Shown here piece after piece: positions 60,817 through 64,000 of a DNA stretch of 64,000 nt. The first letter of the stretch is position 1. Each line of letters begins with the position of its first letter. Origin of the DNA: an uncultured bacterium (lineage in GTDB: Bacteria; Desulfobacterota_D; UBA1144; Nemesobacterales; UBA2774); assembly GCA_963705505.1 (NCBI GenBank), contig CAVPJU010000008.1, positions 129,774-193,773 of the forward strand. Reading direction: 5' to 3'. Position numbers and translations under genes: made by a program. The notes beneath the pieces are model-generated. The model did not search any database, had not been told where the DNA came from, and saw nothing but the letters and a program-made list of their open reading frames with translations.

Positions 60817-63092
60817 TTAGATAGTGCCTCCACTGTTAGAATAGTACCCTCAGCCAGGCGCAGCTCCAGCAGGGCCTGGAGAAAGGCAAGCGTGGACTCC
60901 GCGCCCTGATTCTCGTTCGGACGGTCCGGATGCAATCCGTCCCGGCAACCGCCCGTCGTCGGGTCGTATATGGAAAGGTTTAAATCGTTGCGCCCCAGGA
61001 ACCACTCGAAAGCACGCCGGGCTTCCCTGCGCCAGCGCTTGTCTCCAGTGCTCCGGTAAGCTTCGAGGCAGGCTGAGACCATGGTTTGCGCCTCTACCGG
61101 CTGCTGATCGAAGCGGGCGCGCTCGGAGCCCCGCTTATAAAAACCGTTGGAGCCGATAGGGATGAAATGACCTCCCGGCCCGGCAGCACGCTGCAAGTCG
61201 GCCAGCCAACCGAGCGACTCCAGCCCGGCTTCGGTCATGGCGTTATTCGGGATCCACTGACCGCACATGAGCATGGCCTGCGGCAAAACGGCGTTGCAAT
61301 ATGACATCTCATCTTCATACCAGCGCCATTCGTCCGAGCGGCTGTTTTGATATAAGGCCAGCAATCGCCCGGCCAATTCATCCCGGACCTGGCCAGCCCT
61401 GCTGTCACCGGAATACCGCCGTAGATACTCGTGGATGCCGATCAGCGTGAATGCCCATGCACGCGGGCTGGTCGTGTCGAGAATGGCCGGCAGCGCCTGC
61501 TCGAACACCATGCCTGCTATACTCCGGTAGGCCGCCATGCTGGATCTGCCTAATACGGTGGACAACGCCAATAACGCGCGGCCATGGCTGTCTTCCGAAC
61601 CGATATCTTCCAGCCAATGGCGCTGATAATCCAGAAAGTTGCGAAACCGTCCGGTCTCGGCATTGAAGGCATACAAGATAAAAGCGAGATAACGGGGAGC
61701 CAGTTCCAACGCCTCTCCGTTGCCCAGTTCATCCAGGAGCGTACTCACTATCAGAGCGCGGGCGTTGTCGTCGGTGGTGTAGCCCTCGCGATAGTTGGGC
61801 ACCGTGAAAAGGGCGTGTTGCAGCATGCCGGTCTCGTCCGTCATGTGGCGCAGGTGATCGAGTTTGAGAGGGGGCAGTTCACTCCGACGCTCGTCGTTCG
61901 ATTTACCGGCAAATCCAGGAGGAATGAAATGCCGGCGTTCGGATCGGGCGCGTTCAAAACTCTCCATGTAGAGTCGCGCCACCTGCGGCCAAATCATCTC
62001 CCGGCCAAACAGATAAGCCCGCTTGCGCATGGCGTGGCGCTCGGACTCGTTGTCGAGCAGGTAGATCACCTCCCCGGCCAGAGCCGCCGGATCTTTGAAC
62101 GGCACCAGCGTGCCGCGACCTTCGGCCAGCATCTCTTCCGCATACCAATATGGTGTCGAAATCACTGCCTTGCCCGCCCCCAGCGTGTAGGCCAGGGTGC
62201 CGGAAACGATCTGCGCTTCGTTGAGATAGGGTGTGATGTAAATGTCCGCCGCGCCAATAAACTCTATAAGCTCCTCCAAACTGACAAAGCGGTTGTAGAA
62301 GATCACGTGATCTTCCACACCTTTTTCCTGAGCCTGCCATTGCAGGGACAACCTGTACGTTTCGCCCTCGTGCTGAATCACGTGGGGATGTGTCGCGCCA
62401 ACTATCATGTACACCACGTTCGGGTAGCGTTCCACGATGGCAGGCAAGGCGGCAATGACGTTTTCTATTCCCTTGTTGGACGAGAGCAAGCCGAAACTGA
62501 GCAAAACGATCTTGCCCTCCACGCCAAAAAGGTCTTTGTGGTAACTCGGATCCACAAACGGCAAATCGGGAATTCCGTGAGGGATCAGATCGATCTTCTC
62601 CGGCAGCACACCATAGACCTCCTGCAGAAATTCCGCGCCGCGCTCGCTCATGACGACCAATCGGTCGGACAGGGCGGCAACTTCTTCCAGCACCCGCCGC
62701 TGATCGGGACCGGGGTCTTGCAAAATGGTATGCAGAGTCGTGACGATGGGCATACGCAATTCGCGTAAGAGGGCCAGGATATGACTGCCTGCCTTCCCGC
62801 CGAAGATGCCGTATTCGAATTGCAGGCACACCAGGTCGACATTATTGATATTCAGGAAGTCGGCGGCGCGGCGGTAGGAGTCAATGTTCTTCTCGGTAAG
62901 TTCGAACCGGACGCGGGGCGGGTATGAGTATCCCCCATCGATGTCGTTGACCGGTAGAGCAATGCACGTCGTTCCAGTGTATTCGGCAGCGATAGCCTCA
63001 CACAAGTCTGTCGTGAACGTGGCGATGCCGCACTGACGCGGCAGGTAATTCCCGATGAATGCAACGCGGTTAATGGTTAAATGGTCGTCCAT
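60813..63092 (-). CDS. GT4 glycosyltransferase fused to a C-terminal (alpha/alpha)-barrel-like domain
   Basis: PRQCGIATF, FGLL..NKG, SGTL; C-terminal GYTTDDNARAL, FDQQP, NQGAEST; ATG 63092 with AGGAG SD; overlaps GH130 by 4 bp. Confidence 0.88.
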   Translation of the reverse strand: MDDHLTINRVAFIGNYLPRQCGIATFTTDLCEAIAAEYTGTTCIALPVNDIDGGYSYPPRVRFELTEKNIDSYRRAADFLNINNVDLVCLQFEYGIFGGKAGSHILALLRELRMPIVTTLHTILQDPGPDQRRVLEEVAALSDRLVVMSERGAEFLQEVYGVLPEKIDLIPHGIPDLPFVDPSYHKDLFGVEGKIVLLSFGLLSSNKGIENVIAALPAIVERYPNVVYMIVGATHPHVIQHEGETYRLSLQWQAQEKGVEDHVIFYNRFVSLEELIEFIGAADIYITPYLNEAQIVSGTLAYTLGAGKAVISTPYWYAEEMLAEGRGTLVPFKDPAALAGEVIYLLDNESERHAMRKRAYLFGREMIWPQVARLYMESFERARSERRHFIPPGFAGKSNDERRSELPPLKLDHLRHMTDETGMLQHALFTVPNYREGYTTDDNARALIVSTLLDELGNGEALELAPRYLAFILYAFNAETGRFRNFLDYQRHWLEDIGSEDSHGRALLALSTVLGRSSMAAYRSIAGMVFEQALPAILDTTSPRAWAFTLIGIHEYLRRYSGDSRAGQVRDELAGRLLALYQNSRSDEWRWYEDEMSYCNAVLPQAMLMCGQWIPNNAMTEAGLESLGWLADLQRAAGPGGHFIPIGSNGFYKRGSERARFDQQPVEAQTMVSACLEAYRSTGDKRWRREARRAFEWFLGRNDLNLSIYDPTTGGCRDGLHPDRPNENQGAESTLAFLQALLELRLAEGTILTVEALSK

Positions 63093-63523
63093 GACGAGTT
63101 TCTCCTTCCTAAAATCCCCTGTTGCTATCTCCTCGGCCAATTGGTATAAACAGGCGGTCAATAACCTAACACCTCTGCCATATCCAGACAAAATTGGGAT
63201 AGAGTGTTTACTTTTGGGAAACCGAAGTGCGAAGGATTATATCATTAATCTAAATAATACACCCGCTATCGGCATCAGATCGTGCCGTGTGCGGGAGAAT
63301 ATCCGACTTTCTTCTTTAAGAAGTCCAATCTTTGAAGTGTCGATATCGTTCGTATTAGAATACCTTCTCATTTATTGGGTTCAAAACATTATTCCAGCCG
63401 GGCTTCATCGGATCAGATTAAATTCCAGACACAACTCTTCCAGTTTCCGGATATATGCAGTCATCTGAAATAATTTACTTGAAGAGTACGATTAAGCAGA
63501 GTGTTAGGCGGCATATGCAGCGG

Positions 63524-63745
63524 CTATCTCTTCTTGTTCGCAAAAAGCAGGAGCGCGCCTCCAACCACTATCGCCCCCACGCCTGCCCATACCGGGACGT
63601 TGACCGTTTCCTTGTCCTTTACCGACAGCTCGATCGGGCCCAGCTTGGCCTCGTGAGTCTCCTTGGTGTAGCTGAAACTGCCATACACCAGCCCCAGGAT
63701 GCCGGCCACTATCAGTACTATTGCTGCAATCTTGACTGAATTCAT
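63524..63745 (-). CDS. Small two-TM membrane protein
   Basis: 73 aa, two hydrophobic helices around a KLGPIELSV loop; GAGGA SD. Confidence 0.75.
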   Translation of the reverse strand: MNSVKIAAIVLIVAGILGLVYGSFSYTKETHEAKLGPIELSVKDKETVNVPVWAGVGAIVVGGALLLFANKKR

Positions 63746-63806
63746 CTCGTGTCCTCCTCTCTATCTTTTTCTCTTGAGTAGAAATTTTCAATGCTAAGAC
63801 GACAGG

Positions 63807-63915
63807 CAGTAACACTATTGCAATCAGTGAAGGGCGTCCGATTCCCCGCTCGCTCGGAATCGTACAAACACACTACGTGTGCTCGGGGAAGCACACATTA
63901 TTCGAAGCAATTGAT
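63807..63915 (+). repeat. Distal copy of the tRNA-associated repeat (3' half of one unit, then a degenerate new unit start)
   Basis: 63807-63843 is 31/37 identical to the motif after tRNA-Glu; CTCGGGGAAGCACACA at 63882 matches 59674-59689 with 1 mismatch. Confidence 0.8.
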
Positions 63916-64000
63916 AGAATTGTATTATTTCAGAATAGTACGGTTCCCATATGAGTTCAGGAAGTTTACTCCGTACTATTTATGGAGGCTCATTTATAAT

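Noticed and set aside
61584..62829. Long alternative ORFs (394 aa +, 291 aa -) over the GT4 fusion, and similar shadow ORFs across the window
   Set aside because: They overlap well-supported genes, have no recognisable motifs, and are expected in GC-rich coding DNA

Overview
A bacterial chromosomal window, mostly GC-rich; the gene set suggests a deltaproteobacterial-grade lineage such as Ca. Dadabacteria, which is inference only. The first ~36 kb is largely housekeeping: mrp, cbpA-like, hldE, mtnP, rsmG, trmI, tRNA-Lys/Glu, pckA, carD, glnE, priA and a UvrD-nuclease fusion. It also holds a RcnR/CsoR-CDF metal islet, a candidate 6S-like RNA and several REP-like palindromes. From ~36.6 kb the content is accessory: mgtA, ackA, a cNMP-kinase/REC-TrxB/zf-UBP module, and a ~13 kb co-oriented enzyme cluster. 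That cluster has a creatininase, two luciferase-like monooxygenases, an AKR, SRPBCC, ALDH, PhyH-like dioxygenase, sulfotransferase, PaaK-like ligase, deacetylase and two GT4s. The most unusual signal is non-coding. tRNA-Arg(CCT) is followed by an array of ~87-93 bp units, each starting with a copy of the tRNA 3' end; the best-preserved units carry a conserved motif and a covarying hairpin. The same motif follows tRNA-Glu(TTC) 45 kb away, and a ~4 kb GT4/GH130 cargo appears to sit inside a split unit. No integrase is visible in the window. Apparent single-base insertions in rsmG, a symporter and the ALDH suggest assembly errors.
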